From contig JBHHYI010000006.1 of the NCBI GenBank assembly GCA_046757525.1, positions 1-54,177 of the forward strand: 54,177 nt of DNA, read 5' to 3'. The position numbers and the translations under genes are program-made. Under the pieces are notes generated by a model that did no database searches, was not told the DNA's origin, and saw nothing but the letters and a program-made list of their open reading frames with translations. The DNA comes from a bacterium. GTDB lineage: Bacteria; Zhuqueibacterota; Zhuqueibacteria; Oceanimicrobiales; Oceanimicrobiaceae. This document shows, piece by piece, positions 27,831 to 38,762 of the stretch (the stretch's first letter is position 1; every line of letters starts with the position of its first letter).

Positions 27831-30455
27831 TCACTGATTTTGAATAATCTTCTTCAAGTCGTTTAATTTGATCAGGGCTTCCAGGGGGGTCAATTCGTCA
27901 ATGCTAATTTGTTGAACCTCGCTTCGCAGCCGCTGCTCCTGCTTTTCGAAAATGTCCAACTGTTGGTCTCGCTCCTGGTAATGACCGTTAGTACCCACGG
28001 CCAGTCTTGGCATGTGATTGGGGGTCAATTCGTTTGACTCCAGATTGGAAAGGATTTCCTTGGCCCGCCGAATCACGGATTTGGGCAGCCCCGCAAGCTG
28101 GGCCACCTGAATGCCGTAACTGTGGTCGCAGCCCCCCTCCAGGATTTTGCGCAAGAAGACCACCTGGTCGCCCCACTCCTTTACGGCCACATTGTAGTTC
28201 TTTACCCTGGGCAGCACCAGCGCCAATTCCGTGAGCTCATGGTAATGCGTGGCAAAAATGCATTTGGCGGCCACTTGTTGGGCGTTGTGCAGATGCTCGG
28301 CCACGGCCCAGGCGATGGAAAGGCCATCGAAAGTGCTGGTGCCGCGCCCGATTTCATCCAGCAAGATCAAGCTCCTGGGCGTCGCATTGTTCAGGATGTT
28401 GGCAGTTTCGTTCATCTCCACCAGAAAAGTACTTTCTCCCCCCGCTAAATTGTCCGAAGCTCCCACCCGCGTAAAAATCTTGTCGACGATCCCGATGGAC
28501 GCTGATTTTGCCGGCACAAAGCTCCCGATCTGAGCCAGCAAAACGATGAGTCCAACCTGCCTGAGATAGGTGGATTTGCCAGCCATATTGGGACCGGTCA
28601 GGATTAGAACCTGCTCTACTTCATTGTCCAACGAAGTGTCGTTGGGAATAAAAGACTCGCCGTAAGGCAAAAGCTTTTCCACCACTGGATGCCGCCCCTC
28701 TTTTATGACGATGGTCGACTTCTCGGTTATTTCCGGCCGCACATATTTGTTTTCACACGCCAATTGGGAAAACCCGGCCAGACAGTCAAGCGTGCTGATG
28801 AGCTGGGCATTGTGCTGAATCGCGTGCGCGTGTTCGGCCGCAAGTTTGCGCAATTGATTGAACAGTTCGTATTCCAGGGTGACGATCTTTTCCTCTGCAT
28901 CCAGCACTTTCTCCTCAAACGCCTTCAGTTCCGGAGTGATAAATCTCTCGCCGTTGACCAGGGTTTGTTTGCGGATGTAATGGGCCGGAATCTTGGACAA
29001 ATTGGGTTTGGTGACCTCGATGTAATAGCCGAACACCTTGTTGAAGCCGACTTTCAACGATGGGATGCCTGTGCTTTCTCTTTCGGACTTTTGCAGCCGG
29101 GCAATCCAGTCCTTACCCGAGAACGCGATGTCTCGCAATTCATCGAGCTCGGCATTGTAACCGGTGCGAATAATGCCGCCTTCGGTAATCGCCAGCGGCG
29201 GATTGTCGACGACAGCTTTGTCCAGCTCGGCGACCAGAGGTTTGAGGTCGTCCAACTGTTTTTTTATTTGCAGCAAGGGCTGTGCTTCGGCAGGTGCAAT
29301 GGTTTCCTTTATTTCAGGAATCAAATTCAAGGAGCTTTTGAGGACGGTCAGATCTCTGGCCGACGCCCGCCCGGTGGTCACTTTTGAAATGAGCCGCTCC
29401 AGGTCCCCGATTTGTCCCAGGGTTTCACGCACACGGTCCAGAATCGTTGGAGCTTTCAACAGTTCTTCGACGGCATCCAGCCGGCTGCAAATGCGTTTCC
29501 GCTGCACCAGGGGGTGTAGAATCCATTGAATCAACTTGCGCGCGCCCATAGGCGTTCTGGTCTTGTCGATGACAGAAATCAATGTGCCACGACTGATGCC
29601 ATCGCGCAGGGGCTTGAGCAACTCAAGATTTCTGCGCGTGGCGCTGTCCAGGCTGACATAGTCGGCCCCGGTCTGGAGCTGCAAGCTGCTGATGTGGTTG
29701 AGTTCAGACTTCTGGTTTTCCTTCAAATAGTGGATGATTGCTCCGGCAGCGCAAATGCCGGCGTCCAAATCGTCGCAGCCAAACCCCTTTAAGGACAGGG
29801 TGTTGAAATGCCCGGTCAGCACCTCATAGCCATAATCTCTGGTGAACACCCACCCTTCCCGTTTTGTGATGAACATCGACTCCGCCGAGCCCAATTTCTC
29901 CTCGATGAAACCAGCCTGCTCCTCAGAAATGAGCAACTCCGCCGGACTGATCTTGGTGATTTCGTCCACAAACAGCGCTTTGGACACTTCTGCAACGGAA
30001 AACTCGCCGGTGGAAATGTCGACCGTAGCCATGCCACACACCTCGCCTTTTAAGAACACAGCGACCAAGAAATTGTTTCTCTTGCTTTCGAGGAGATCAT
30101 CGGTGAGGGCCGTGCCGGGCGTCACGACTTCGGTGACGTCGCGCTTGACGATCGTTTTGGTCTTTTTCGGATCCTCCAACTGTTCGCAGATGGCAACGCG
30201 ATAGCCGGCTTTGATCATTTTGGTCAAATAGGTGTCCAGGGCATGGTAAGGAAAACCGGCCAAAGGCACGCCACCCGTCTTGCCGTGAGCCCGCGAAGTC
30301 AAGGTCAACCCCAACACTTCGGAAGCTGTCTTGGCATCGTCATAAAACATTTCGTAAAAGTCGCCCATGCGAAAAAACAGGACAGCATCCTGGTATTTGG
30401 CCTTGATCGCCAAATATTGTTCCATCATGGGCGTGCTTTTGGGCTCTTTAGACAT
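27831..30455 (-). CDS. mutS: DNA mismatch repair protein MutS
   Basis: TPMMEQY, GDFYEMF, TGPNMAGKST, DEIGRGTS, FATHYHEL. Confidence 0.98.
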   Translation of the reverse strand: MSKEPKSTPMMEQYLAIKAKYQDAVLFFRMGDFYEMFYDDAKTASEVLGLTLTSRAHGKTGGVPLAGFPYHALDTYLTKMIKAGYRVAICEQLEDPKKTKTIVKRDVTEVVTPGTALTDDLLESKRNNFLVAVFLKGEVCGMATVDISTGEFSVAEVSKALFVDEITKISPAELLISEEQAGFIEEKLGSAESMFITKREGWVFTRDYGYEVLTGHFNTLSLKGFGCDDLDAGICAAGAIIHYLKENQKSELNHISSLQLQTGADYVSLDSATRRNLELLKPLRDGISRGTLISVIDKTRTPMGARKLIQWILHPLVQRKRICSRLDAVEELLKAPTILDRVRETLGQIGDLERLISKVTTGRASARDLTVLKSSLNLIPEIKETIAPAEAQPLLQIKKQLDDLKPLVAELDKAVVDNPPLAITEGGIIRTGYNAELDELRDIAFSGKDWIARLQKSERESTGIPSLKVGFNKVFGYYIEVTKPNLSKIPAHYIRKQTLVNGERFITPELKAFEEKVLDAEEKIVTLEYELFNQLRKLAAEHAHAIQHNAQLISTLDCLAGFSQLACENKYVRPEITEKSTIVIKEGRHPVVEKLLPYGESFIPNDTSLDNEVEQVLILTGPNMAGKSTYLRQVGLIVLLAQIGSFVPAKSASIGIVDKIFTRVGASDNLAGGESTFLVEMNETANILNNATPRSLILLDEIGRGTSTFDGLSIAWAVAEHLHNAQQVAAKCIFATHYHELTELALVLPRVKNYNVAVKEWGDQVVFLRKILEGGCDHSYGIQVAQLAGLPKSVIRRAKEILSNLESNELTPNHMPRLAVGTNGHYQERDQQLDIFEKQEQRLRSEVQQISIDELTPLEALIKLNDLKKIIQNQ

Positions 30456-30484
30456 GAGAGTAAGGTGAATTTGCGCTGCTCAAT

Positions 30485-31378
30485 TCAATGAGGCTCGCTG
30501 TGCCGGTTGTCTTCGCGAACATCTTCTCCCCAATGCAATTTTGCGCGCAGGATATCGTAAAAACTGCGTCCCTTGTAGGAAACCAACTTGATGGTGTAAT
30601 CGGCTTTTCGAATCTCCACATGCTGCCCCTGATGCAGCATCATGCGAATTTGTCCGTCGGCGCTGAACATGACTTCTTGCGGACCTTCCTCTATTTGGAC
30701 GCGAACTGTTTTGTCGCCTGGAATGACCACAGGCCTGGCGCCCAAACTGTGGGGACTGATCGGGTTGATGACCACGGCATCCATGCCCGGGATTAGGATG
30801 GGACCCCCCGCAGCCAGTGAATACGCGGTGGAACCCGTGGGCGTTGAAACGATCACACCGTCCCCGATATAGCTATTCAGGAACTCGTCATCGATAAAAG
30901 TTTTGAGACGAATGACCCGGGAAATAGCGCCCTTGTCCAGGACAAAGTCGTTCACGGCGTGAAAGCGTTCGGTGCCATCGTCATTTTCGAATCGCGCTTC
31001 CAGTACCATGCGGTCCATGGTCTGGTAGCGACCGTTCAAGATGTCCTCTAAACTGGTGTAGATTTCATCCGGTGCGAGTTCGGCCAAAAAGCCCATGCCA
31101 CCCATTTTCACACCTAAGATTGGAGTGCCCGACCGTCCCACCAACCGCGCCGAAGACAGAATGGTGCCGTCCCCTCCGAATGAAATAACCATCTGGCACT
31201 TCCTGCAAAGCGACTTGCCTTCGGACCGAGGGAAAGCGTGCCGTGGCAGGTTTAGATGCTCGGCCAGTTTCTCCTCGACGACGAAATCCACCCCGCGTTT
31301 TTTCAACCAGGCGATAACTTCAGGAATTATTTTCTTAACCGCGCGCTTCTCTAAATTGGCTATGATTCCTACGGTCAT
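30485..31378 (-). CDS. nadK: NAD kinase
   Basis: GGDGT, ND motif, DG...TPTGSTAYSLAAGG. Confidence 0.95.
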   Translation of the reverse strand: MTVGIIANLEKRAVKKIIPEVIAWLKKRGVDFVVEEKLAEHLNLPRHAFPRSEGKSLCRKCQMVISFGGDGTILSSARLVGRSGTPILGVKMGGMGFLAELAPDEIYTSLEDILNGRYQTMDRMVLEARFENDDGTERFHAVNDFVLDKGAISRVIRLKTFIDDEFLNSYIGDGVIVSTPTGSTAYSLAAGGPILIPGMDAVVINPISPHSLGARPVVIPGDKTVRVQIEEGPQEVMFSADGQIRMMLHQGQHVEIRKADYTIKLVSYKGRSFYDILRAKLHWGEDVREDNRHSEPH

Positions 31379-31397
31379 GAGTTCTCAGATTCTTAAC

Positions 31398-31628
31398 CTA
31401 CGTGTCGGATTCCTTTAAGTCAAAATCGTCGCCGCTTTTGACCAGCACCTTGATTTTCTTTTCCACTTCATTGAGCCTGGCGGCACAAAATTTGGTGAGC
31501 GCCATCCCTTCTTCGAATTTCTTTAGAGATTCCTCCAGGCTCACCTCACCTTTTTCCAACTCCGAGACGATTTCCTCCAGCCGGTGCATGGCACCTTCAA
31601 ACGTTTGCTTTTCCGTGTCTTGATTCAC
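31398..31628 (-). CDS. xseB: Exodeoxyribonuclease VII small subunit
   Basis: FE.AM.RLEEIV..LE.GE.SLEESL..FEEG. Confidence 0.95.
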   Translation of the reverse strand: MNQDTEKQTFEGAMHRLEEIVSELEKGEVSLEESLKKFEEGMALTKFCAARLNEVEKKIKVLVKSGDDFDLKESDT

Positions 31629-31645
31629 AGTTTGCCCCTTTCAAC

Positions 31646-32875
31646 TTAGTCGCGCACCTCAGCAACAGCCCCCAGGGCCCTTCCCTCATAAAACTCGATT
31701 TCTATCTCATCGTCGACGCTCAAGTCCCTGGCCCGCTTCACAATTTGTCGGTCTTCGCGCGAATAACACACGCTGTAGCCGCGCTTCAACACACCGCGGT
31801 GGTCTAAAAGCGCCAGACGCTGTGTGAGACCATGAAGCTTCTCCCCGGCCATGGCCTGAGCATGAGCCATGTGCGTGGTCAAATTCCTGGTCACTTCATC
31901 CAGTCTTTGCAGGTGCTGCTTCATGGCGTCCAAGGGCTGCCGAAAGGCATAACTGTCGCGGATGTTTTGCAGCTTGTCTCGTCGAGAACGTACCATCGTT
32001 TCGACGGAATCGATGAGTTTTTGCCGGTCCCGTGCGAGCAGGCGCATCAGCTCATCCCGACTGTGCACGGCAAGTTCAGCGGCAGCCGACGGCGTGGGTG
32101 CGCGCAGATCGGCCACGAAATCGCAGATGGTAAAATCGACTTCATGCCCAACCGCCGAGATCACGGGGATCTGGGAACGAAACACGGCGCGGGCAACCAC
32201 CTCCTCGTTAAAAGCCCACAGGTCCTCCAGGGAACCACCTCCGCGCCCCACGATGAGAACGTCGACGTTGCCGAATGCGTTGAACTCGTCGATGGCGCGT
32301 GCGATCTCCGGCGCCGCGCCTTCCCCCTGCACTCTCACCGGGTTGATCACAATTTCCACGGCGGGAAACCTGCGCTGCAGCACGGTAACCAGGTCCCGAA
32401 TCGCCGCACCCGTCGGCGAAGTTACAATGCCGATGCGTTGGGGAAATTCCGGAATCGGCTTCTTGAATTCCTCGGAAAACAAGCCCTCCTCTCGCAGGCG
32501 GTTCTTGAGCTGTTCGAAGGCCAATTGCAGTTCCCCAACGCCCGCCGGATTTATCTGGTCTACGTCGAGTTGGTAACTGCCGCGTTTTTCGTAAACCGTC
32601 ACCCGGCTGTGCACCAGAACTTTCATGCCGTCCTGGGGCGTAAAAAACAGCGAATGATTGCGGCTGCGCCACATGACGCAGGAAATCTGGGCCTTGTCAT
32701 CCTTGAGCGAAAAATACATGTGGCCGCTCGAATGATGGGTAAAGTTGGAAATTTCACCCTGCACCCAAATCTCCGGCAAGGTGACTTCGAGAAGATATTT
32801 GATCTCACGGGTGATTTCGGAAACAGTGTAGTACTGTTTCTCTACCAACAGGTCATCAAAACTTAGCTGTCCCAT
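31646..32875 (-). CDS. xseA: Exodeoxyribonuclease VII large subunit
   Basis: GEISNF, SGHMYFSLKD, RGGGSLEDLWAFN, GHEVD, APTPSAAAE. Confidence 0.97.
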   Translation of the reverse strand: MGQLSFDDLLVEKQYYTVSEITREIKYLLEVTLPEIWVQGEISNFTHHSSGHMYFSLKDDKAQISCVMWRSRNHSLFFTPQDGMKVLVHSRVTVYEKRGSYQLDVDQINPAGVGELQLAFEQLKNRLREEGLFSEEFKKPIPEFPQRIGIVTSPTGAAIRDLVTVLQRRFPAVEIVINPVRVQGEGAAPEIARAIDEFNAFGNVDVLIVGRGGGSLEDLWAFNEEVVARAVFRSQIPVISAVGHEVDFTICDFVADLRAPTPSAAAELAVHSRDELMRLLARDRQKLIDSVETMVRSRRDKLQNIRDSYAFRQPLDAMKQHLQRLDEVTRNLTTHMAHAQAMAGEKLHGLTQRLALLDHRGVLKRGYSVCYSREDRQIVKRARDLSVDDEIEIEFYEGRALGAVAEVRD

Positions 32876-32877
32876 CT

Positions 32878-35097
32878 CTAACTCAACACCAGCGTCTGTT
32901 TGCGTTCGGGTGAAACACGCGCAGGCGATTCATCCCAGGCTGCTTTTTTTTCTAAGGGTAGCGTGAAAGAGAACTTGGTGCCGCCCTCTATTTCGCTCTT
33001 CACCCGAATTCGCCCACGGTGATCTGAAATGATTTGCTCGTTGATCGCCAGACCCAGGCCGGTGCCGTCGTGTTTTGTGGTAAAAAAGGGATTAAAGATT
33101 TTCTCGAGGTTCTCCCGTGGAATACCTGTCCCGTTGTCGGCAATGCTGATTTCTACTTGACGACCGTCCAGTTTCCGAGTTTTCACCACGAGCTTGCCCT
33201 GTTTTCCGGTGAGCGATTGAATGGCGTTGATCAAGAAATTCAACATGACCTGCTTGATTTTCTCAGAATCGAAAGGGAATTCGGGGATGGAATCGTCCAG
33301 TTCCAGGACACATTCAATTCCGTTGGCCGCGCATTCCTTTTTGACCAACAAACAAGCTTCCTCAACGACCTCGTTGAGATTTGCCAACTCGAAATGAATT
33401 TCCTGAGTTTTTGAAAAATCCAAAATGTCGGAGAGGATGTTCTCCAGGCGCCTGACTTCGTTGACGATTATGGAGGCACGCTCCTTCAGGTTCTCATCCT
33501 CCTGGGTCAATTTCAGGATCGAATTTGCGAACCCCCCAATGGTCACCAGCGGATTACGGATCTCGTGGGCTACGTGTGCAGCCATCTTGCCAACCGCTGC
33601 CAACCGCTCAGAGTGGATCAGTTGGTTTTGTGCTTTGGTGAGCTTGTCTAAGGTCCGCTCCAGAGTAGCTTTCTGATCTTCGATGTTTTTATAGGCGTTG
33701 GCTTTCTCCACCACCAGGGCCGCCTGGTTAGCAAACAGAGTCAGAAGTTCCAAACGGCTTTCGTCCAACGGCAAATCGCTGTACAGGTTGTCAGCGACGA
33801 TGATACCCAACACCTTGCCTTCGGCAATGAGTGGCACCGAAAAAAACTCTTCCAAAGACAATTTCTCGTAAAGCTCCTCGAGCCCTTGCTTAGCCCTTTC
33901 CTCCTTTCTTACCTTGATCGGCCTTCTGTTCCTAAAGGAGTCCACCAACACATTATTGCTGGCGCTCAAAGAGATGCAAACGCTCTGCACCAGATTGTTG
34001 AATTTGTCGTCAGCATCTGGTTTTCTTTTGCCGTACTTGATCAAGAACTCGGCCAGGGACATGTTTGATTCCTGGTCCAGAGAACTCCAGATACGGTGGG
34101 CATCCTCAGCAGTGGTCGGTCCCACCCCCATTCTGCCGCGCAAACAATCTTGTCCGGTGTTGTACAGAAAGATCATGGCACGGCTGAAGCTCAAGGCGCA
34201 GCCGGCGGTAATCGAGGTCAAAATGAGATGCAGCAAGATGTCCAAATCCAGGGTGCTCTGCATGGCCTGGCTAATCTGGCTCAGCGTGTAAAACTCATAG
34301 GCGCGTCTTTCAGCTTCCGTGATGTCTTCCAGAATGCCAAGGCAGCCCGAAATCTCACCATTGCTGTAAAGAGGAACACACCTCAAGTTGATTTTCTTGC
34401 GCTTATTCAAAGAAGGAGTCAGGTCCAGGTGCTCGACTTCAAAAGCGTAACCAGCATTCAAACACCGCTCAAAATTCACTTTAAGTTCCGAACGCTTGAA
34501 AAGCGCCTGGCTCAAAACGTTCATCCCCACAGGATTTTCCAGGCCATCGACATAATCGGAAAAACAATGATTGACCTGGACAATTTTCCCCGTCTTATCC
34601 GTGGAAAAAATGCCCACGGGCGCAGCATTTAATACCAACTCCAGGTACTCCTTGGTTTGCTGCACTTTCTGCGTTAAGAGCTTGTTCCGGTGCTGAATTT
34701 CGTGCATCACCAGAACGTTTTCGATGACGTTTTTGAGTTCGTGGAACCCAAAGGGCTTGTACAAATATGCCGATACGCCCTGCTGCAACAAACTGTTCTG
34801 GGTGTAGCTATCTCGGTTGCGCGCCGTCAACATGATGACCGGAGTATCGCGACAACCTTCATACGTTGGATTAGAAAGTATCTCCTGATAAATGCTTTCG
34901 CCGTCCATGTCAGGCAAAATGTAATCCAACAGGATCAAGTCCGGTTTGTGAGTCAGAAGTTTTTCCAGACCTTCCTGTCCGTCAAAAGCAAAAATGCACC
35001 GATACCCAAATTTTTCCATGAAAGCCCGGGTAAGCTGGTGCATCATTTCATCATCATCGACTAACAGGATGGTACGGGTTGCAACCGCATCCGACAT
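32878..35097 (-). CDS. Hybrid sensor histidine kinase (REC-PAS-GAF-HisKA-HATPase), no TM segment
   Basis: LLVDDD/LLD/KPF receiver; AHEIRNPL H-box; NAIQ, DNGTG, FFTTK..GTGLGL. Confidence 0.92.
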   Translation of the reverse strand: MSDAVATRTILLVDDDEMMHQLTRAFMEKFGYRCIFAFDGQEGLEKLLTHKPDLILLDYILPDMDGESIYQEILSNPTYEGCRDTPVIMLTARNRDSYTQNSLLQQGVSAYLYKPFGFHELKNVIENVLVMHEIQHRNKLLTQKVQQTKEYLELVLNAAPVGIFSTDKTGKIVQVNHCFSDYVDGLENPVGMNVLSQALFKRSELKVNFERCLNAGYAFEVEHLDLTPSLNKRKKINLRCVPLYSNGEISGCLGILEDITEAERRAYEFYTLSQISQAMQSTLDLDILLHLILTSITAGCALSFSRAMIFLYNTGQDCLRGRMGVGPTTAEDAHRIWSSLDQESNMSLAEFLIKYGKRKPDADDKFNNLVQSVCISLSASNNVLVDSFRNRRPIKVRKEERAKQGLEELYEKLSLEEFFSVPLIAEGKVLGIIVADNLYSDLPLDESRLELLTLFANQAALVVEKANAYKNIEDQKATLERTLDKLTKAQNQLIHSERLAAVGKMAAHVAHEIRNPLVTIGGFANSILKLTQEDENLKERASIIVNEVRRLENILSDILDFSKTQEIHFELANLNEVVEEACLLVKKECAANGIECVLELDDSIPEFPFDSEKIKQVMLNFLINAIQSLTGKQGKLVVKTRKLDGRQVEISIADNGTGIPRENLEKIFNPFFTTKHDGTGLGLAINEQIISDHRGRIRVKSEIEGGTKFSFTLPLEKKAAWDESPARVSPERKQTLVLS

Positions 35098-35269
35098 AGC
35101 CCTTACCCACCAAATTTAACGTGTTGAACCTACGGCAGTTTTTCAACTAACGAATCTTCTTTTTGTGTCGATTTTTTCTCAGACGTTTTTTGCGTTTGTG
35201 CGTCGCGATCTTGTGTCGTTTTCTTTTCTTACCACTTGGCAAGCTCTCTCACCTCCAATCTAATTAATG

Positions 35270-35554
35270 CTATTCTTCATCCTGGTTTACTAATCGCTTC
35301 AAGTCGTTGGACGATCTAAAGACGGGTGCCCTTCTCTTGGGAATATTCATCATTTTTCCGGTCTTCGGATTACGGGAAATGCGCTGGTTGCGATTGACCG
35401 TCCGGAAGCTGCCAAAGCCACGGATGGTGACCGTGTCCCCTGTCTTGAGCGCATAGCCGATGGTTGCCAAAAAGCCATCGACCACAGCAGCCGTTTCTAA
35501 CTTGGTCAAGCCGGTTCCCTCAGCAACGATGTCAATGATATCGCTTTTTGTCAA
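35270..35554 (-). CDS. HU family DNA-binding protein
   Basis: TKSDII...IRGFGSF...RNPKTG...PVF; TTG start with GGAGG RBS. Confidence 0.92.
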   Translation of the reverse strand: MTKSDIIDIVAEGTGLTKLETAAVVDGFLATIGYALKTGDTVTIRGFGSFRTVNRNQRISRNPKTGKMMNIPKRRAPVFRSSNDLKRLVNQDEE

Positions 35555-35617
35555 CAGAAATCCCTCCAGGATCAACCATGTTATTAAGTCAAATCGATCG
35601 TCTGTCGTTTTAGACTA

Positions 35618-35646
35618 AGTATAAGAAATATGAAGATTAAAGTCAA
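35618..35646 (-). promoter_or_regulatory. Sigma70-type promoter for the HU gene
   Basis: Minus strand TTGACT, 17 bp, TATACT. Confidence 0.7.
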
Positions 35647-35656
35647 CAATTAAACG

Positions 35657-37435
35657 TTAGCGAACCACGGCAAATTTCCTGGTAACTATGAACTCGCCCT
35701 GTTTGAGCTGCAGGATGTAAATGCCCGAAGCGACCAGATCACCGTCGTCATTCCGGCCATTCCAGGTGAACACGGTTTGTCCCCGACCCAACTTTGCTGA
35801 GCGGATTATCCGACCGTCCGAGGTGAAAATTTTCAAGTCAGAGCTTTCAACGGCAGGAAGATTCAACACAACGGAAACCTTCTGGTTGGACGAGATGTTC
35901 ATTGGGTTGGGATAGATGGCCGTAATCCCGGTGTCGCCGATGAAGTCCACGGGTCCCAGTTTAAGATTGAGCCGAAAGCTCAGCCTTTTTGTGAGCAACG
36001 AAGGCAAGTCCTCACCGTCCAATACCTCCACGTTCGCCGCGATGACCACAATGCGAGACAAGGCCGGCAACTCTCCCAAATTGATGCCGTTCACAAGATT
36101 GAAAATGTGCAGCTCGGCTTTCTGCCCGGGGGGCATGGTCAAAACAGCAAACAACCAACTGACCGGGTCTTGCAGGGTGCCGGTAATCGAATAATTGCCG
36201 GGATTCTGCAAGGTAAATGCAAAGTACTTGTGGGTTGACGACAAAGTGGAGTCCACGATGGAGGTGTCCTCTGAAACAACGAAATCACCGTTCAGCTTGA
36301 TGGCATTGTACTGGTTACCCTCCTCGTAATAGGTTACGGTGTCGGCACGGCTATCGGTGAAATAGTTCCAGACGCCAAACTCGGCAAACTCCTCAGCGAA
36401 ACTGCTGCCAATTTCCTGCAACGATTGCTCCACCGCTTGCATGGCGGTGAAACCGTCACGCATCAGTTCCCAGGACCGACGGATCATGCTGGCATCGCCA
36501 TACTTCTTGACCAGAAAGTGATTCCAAATCGCCTCGCCGAATGAACGGAAAGTAAACTTGTCGAAGGGCAGGTGCGTTGCCGAAAAGTAAAATGGAATGT
36601 ACTGATAGTAGTCGTTGATGTCGTCGTAAATCACGTCCTCCATCCAGACGGAGCACAATTCGTAATAGAATCTCTCATCGCTATTTGAAAAGCTGCGGTA
36701 ACCAAATTGGACCGCGTGGAAGAACTCATGCGCTGCGGTGACCAGGGCCCCTGGCAGTCCCGTGGTAAAATGGCCATTGTTGAAGTCGTTGTCGATCACG
36801 ATGAAGCTGCGCTTGTCGTTCTCAGGCGTGTCCGGCACATCGCCATCCGTCTGTGTAAATCCGTAAAATTGCGTGCCCAAATCCTGAATGTACACGTCGT
36901 ATTCCGGGCCGTCGTCGCCGTTGTCATCCGGTGGGGTTCGATACCCCAGATCCCGGGTCTGCACGTCAAACGCCTTTTCGAAGGCCAGGGCTGTTTCGTG
37001 AACAAAATCTGGCACGCCGTCACTGTCGCCGTCGGTTATCGAGACCGAGTCGACGCCGCTGGTAATGTAATGAACCCTGAATCGTCCGGTGGGACTAACA
37101 ATACTCTGAGGCAGGCGTGGACGCTGTAATATGCTCGCCAAAACGGCCTGTTGTTCCGGGCTGAAAAGATCGTAGTTTTCCTGGATCTGTGCCACAATCA
37201 TCGTAGCGCAGCGAAATTGCAAGTCCTCGGCAATGTGACCGCGGAATTGCACTGGAACTTTTTCTTCAGGCAGAAGCGCAAGCGCTTGTTGAAACAGCTT
37301 ATTTCTGTCGTCGACAGAAAACTGCGCAGACGGTGTGGTCCTCTGCAACGACCGCTGTGCAAGAGTCGCAGCGGGCCTCGACCAAACGAGCAACAACAAG
37401 ATGACGCCGAACCCACAGGATCTTCTGTCCATCAT
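35657..37435 (-). CDS. Secreted zinc metalloprotease (MXAN_6640-like) with C-terminal FlgD-Ig/T9SS-type domain
   Basis: Signal peptide; FRVHY, DGDSDGVPD, AHEFFHAVQFGY, YELCSVWMED; C-terminal YPNP...WNGRN...ASGIY...KFAVVR. Confidence 0.82.
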   Translation of the reverse strand: MMDRRSCGFGVILLLLVWSRPAATLAQRSLQRTTPSAQFSVDDRNKLFQQALALLPEEKVPVQFRGHIAEDLQFRCATMIVAQIQENYDLFSPEQQAVLASILQRPRLPQSIVSPTGRFRVHYITSGVDSVSITDGDSDGVPDFVHETALAFEKAFDVQTRDLGYRTPPDDNGDDGPEYDVYIQDLGTQFYGFTQTDGDVPDTPENDKRSFIVIDNDFNNGHFTTGLPGALVTAAHEFFHAVQFGYRSFSNSDERFYYELCSVWMEDVIYDDINDYYQYIPFYFSATHLPFDKFTFRSFGEAIWNHFLVKKYGDASMIRRSWELMRDGFTAMQAVEQSLQEIGSSFAEEFAEFGVWNYFTDSRADTVTYYEEGNQYNAIKLNGDFVVSEDTSIVDSTLSSTHKYFAFTLQNPGNYSITGTLQDPVSWLFAVLTMPPGQKAELHIFNLVNGINLGELPALSRIVVIAANVEVLDGEDLPSLLTKRLSFRLNLKLGPVDFIGDTGITAIYPNPMNISSNQKVSVVLNLPAVESSDLKIFTSDGRIIRSAKLGRGQTVFTWNGRNDDGDLVASGIYILQLKQGEFIVTRKFAVVR

Positions 37436-38748
37436 TTCTTCCTGAACTTCAATGTTAATGGCACCCCACGGAAACCAAAACGGTCACGCAGGCGATTTTC
37501 TAAATACTGCCTGTAATTCGGCTGAATGGACCTGGGGGCATTCACAAAGAACGCAAAAACCGGCGGGTTTGACTTGACCTGAGTACAGTACGTGATTTTG
37601 ACTTCTCTACGATTCAACGAAGGCGGCGAATAGTGCTGCGTGGCTTCAATTAGAAACTTGTTCAACGCCGAGGTTTTGATGTTTTTTTTGCGCTCGGCAT
37701 CGACCTCATTTGCCACCTTTATGACTTTGTAGATTCTCTGTTTTGTTTTTGCAGAAATGAAAACCACCGGAAGGTACGCCGTGCGCTTTAAAGTCTCCCG
37801 AAGTCTCTGCTCATACTTCAGCGCTGTGTTGGCATCTTTTTCAATCAAATCCCATTTGTTCACAGCCAAAACGATCCCCTTGCGCAGCCGGATGGCCTCG
37901 CTCAAGACTCTCAGGTCCTGGTGTTCAATGCCGGTTGTGGCGTCGACCAGCAGGATGACCACGTCGGCGCGCTTGATGCTTTGCAGGCTTCTCACCGTGC
38001 TGTAAAACTCGATAGAATCCTGCACTTTGGATTTTTTCCGCAGGCCGGCGGTGTCGATGATCAAGTAATTCTGGCCATAGTATTTGAAAACAGAGTCGTT
38101 GGCATCGCGCGTGGTGCCGGGTATCTCCGTAACAATGTACTTTTCCTGGCCTAACAAGGCATTCACAAAAGAAGACTTACCCACATTAGGCCGTCCGACC
38201 ACGGCCAGAGCAAGCACGGGTGCACCTGAGGCTTCTGCTGCCGGCGCTCGACCAGGTAAGCGCTGGATCACTTCATCCAGAAAATCCCCCACATTGCGAC
38301 TGGTACCGGCTGACAAAGGGATGGGTTCCCCCAGGCCAAGCTTGTAAAACTCTGCGCTCAAAAGCTCCCTGGCCGCATTGTCCACTTTGTTTACTCCCAA
38401 AACAACTTTGGCATTCGACTTCTTCAGAATGTGGGCGATTTCTTCATCGATGCCGGTGACGCCAGTCATCGCATCCACCAGAAATACCACCAACTGCGCC
38501 TCCTGCATGGCCGCGCGCACCTGCTTGTAGACTTCTTTTTCAATGATATCTTGGCTCCCCGGCAAATAACCGCCTGTGTCGATCAGGGCAAATTCTCGGC
38601 CTGACCACTCAGCCCGCGCGTACTTACGGTCGCGCGTTACGCCCGGCTGATCGTCGACAATGGCATTGCGGTTGCGAATTATGCGGTTGAATAAGGTGGA
38701 CTTTCCCACATTAGGACGACCGATGATAGCAACAACAGGCAGGGACAT
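37432..38748 (-). CDS. der: Ribosome biogenesis GTPase Der
   Basis: Two GRPNVGKS P-loops, DTGG/DTAG, NKVD/NKWD, C-terminal KH-like domain. Confidence 0.97.
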   Translation of the reverse strand: MSLPVVAIIGRPNVGKSTLFNRIIRNRNAIVDDQPGVTRDRKYARAEWSGREFALIDTGGYLPGSQDIIEKEVYKQVRAAMQEAQLVVFLVDAMTGVTGIDEEIAHILKKSNAKVVLGVNKVDNAARELLSAEFYKLGLGEPIPLSAGTSRNVGDFLDEVIQRLPGRAPAAEASGAPVLALAVVGRPNVGKSSFVNALLGQEKYIVTEIPGTTRDANDSVFKYYGQNYLIIDTAGLRKKSKVQDSIEFYSTVRSLQSIKRADVVILLVDATTGIEHQDLRVLSEAIRLRKGIVLAVNKWDLIEKDANTALKYEQRLRETLKRTAYLPVVFISAKTKQRIYKVIKVANEVDAERKKNIKTSALNKFLIEATQHYSPPSLNRREVKITYCTQVKSNPPVFAFFVNAPRSIQPNYRQYLENRLRDRFGFRGVPLTLKFRKK

Positions 38749-38762
38749 TTTACTTTCATTTT

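Noticed and set aside
31832..32866. 344-aa plus-strand ORF
   Set aside because: Antisense shadow of xseA with no recognisable motifs
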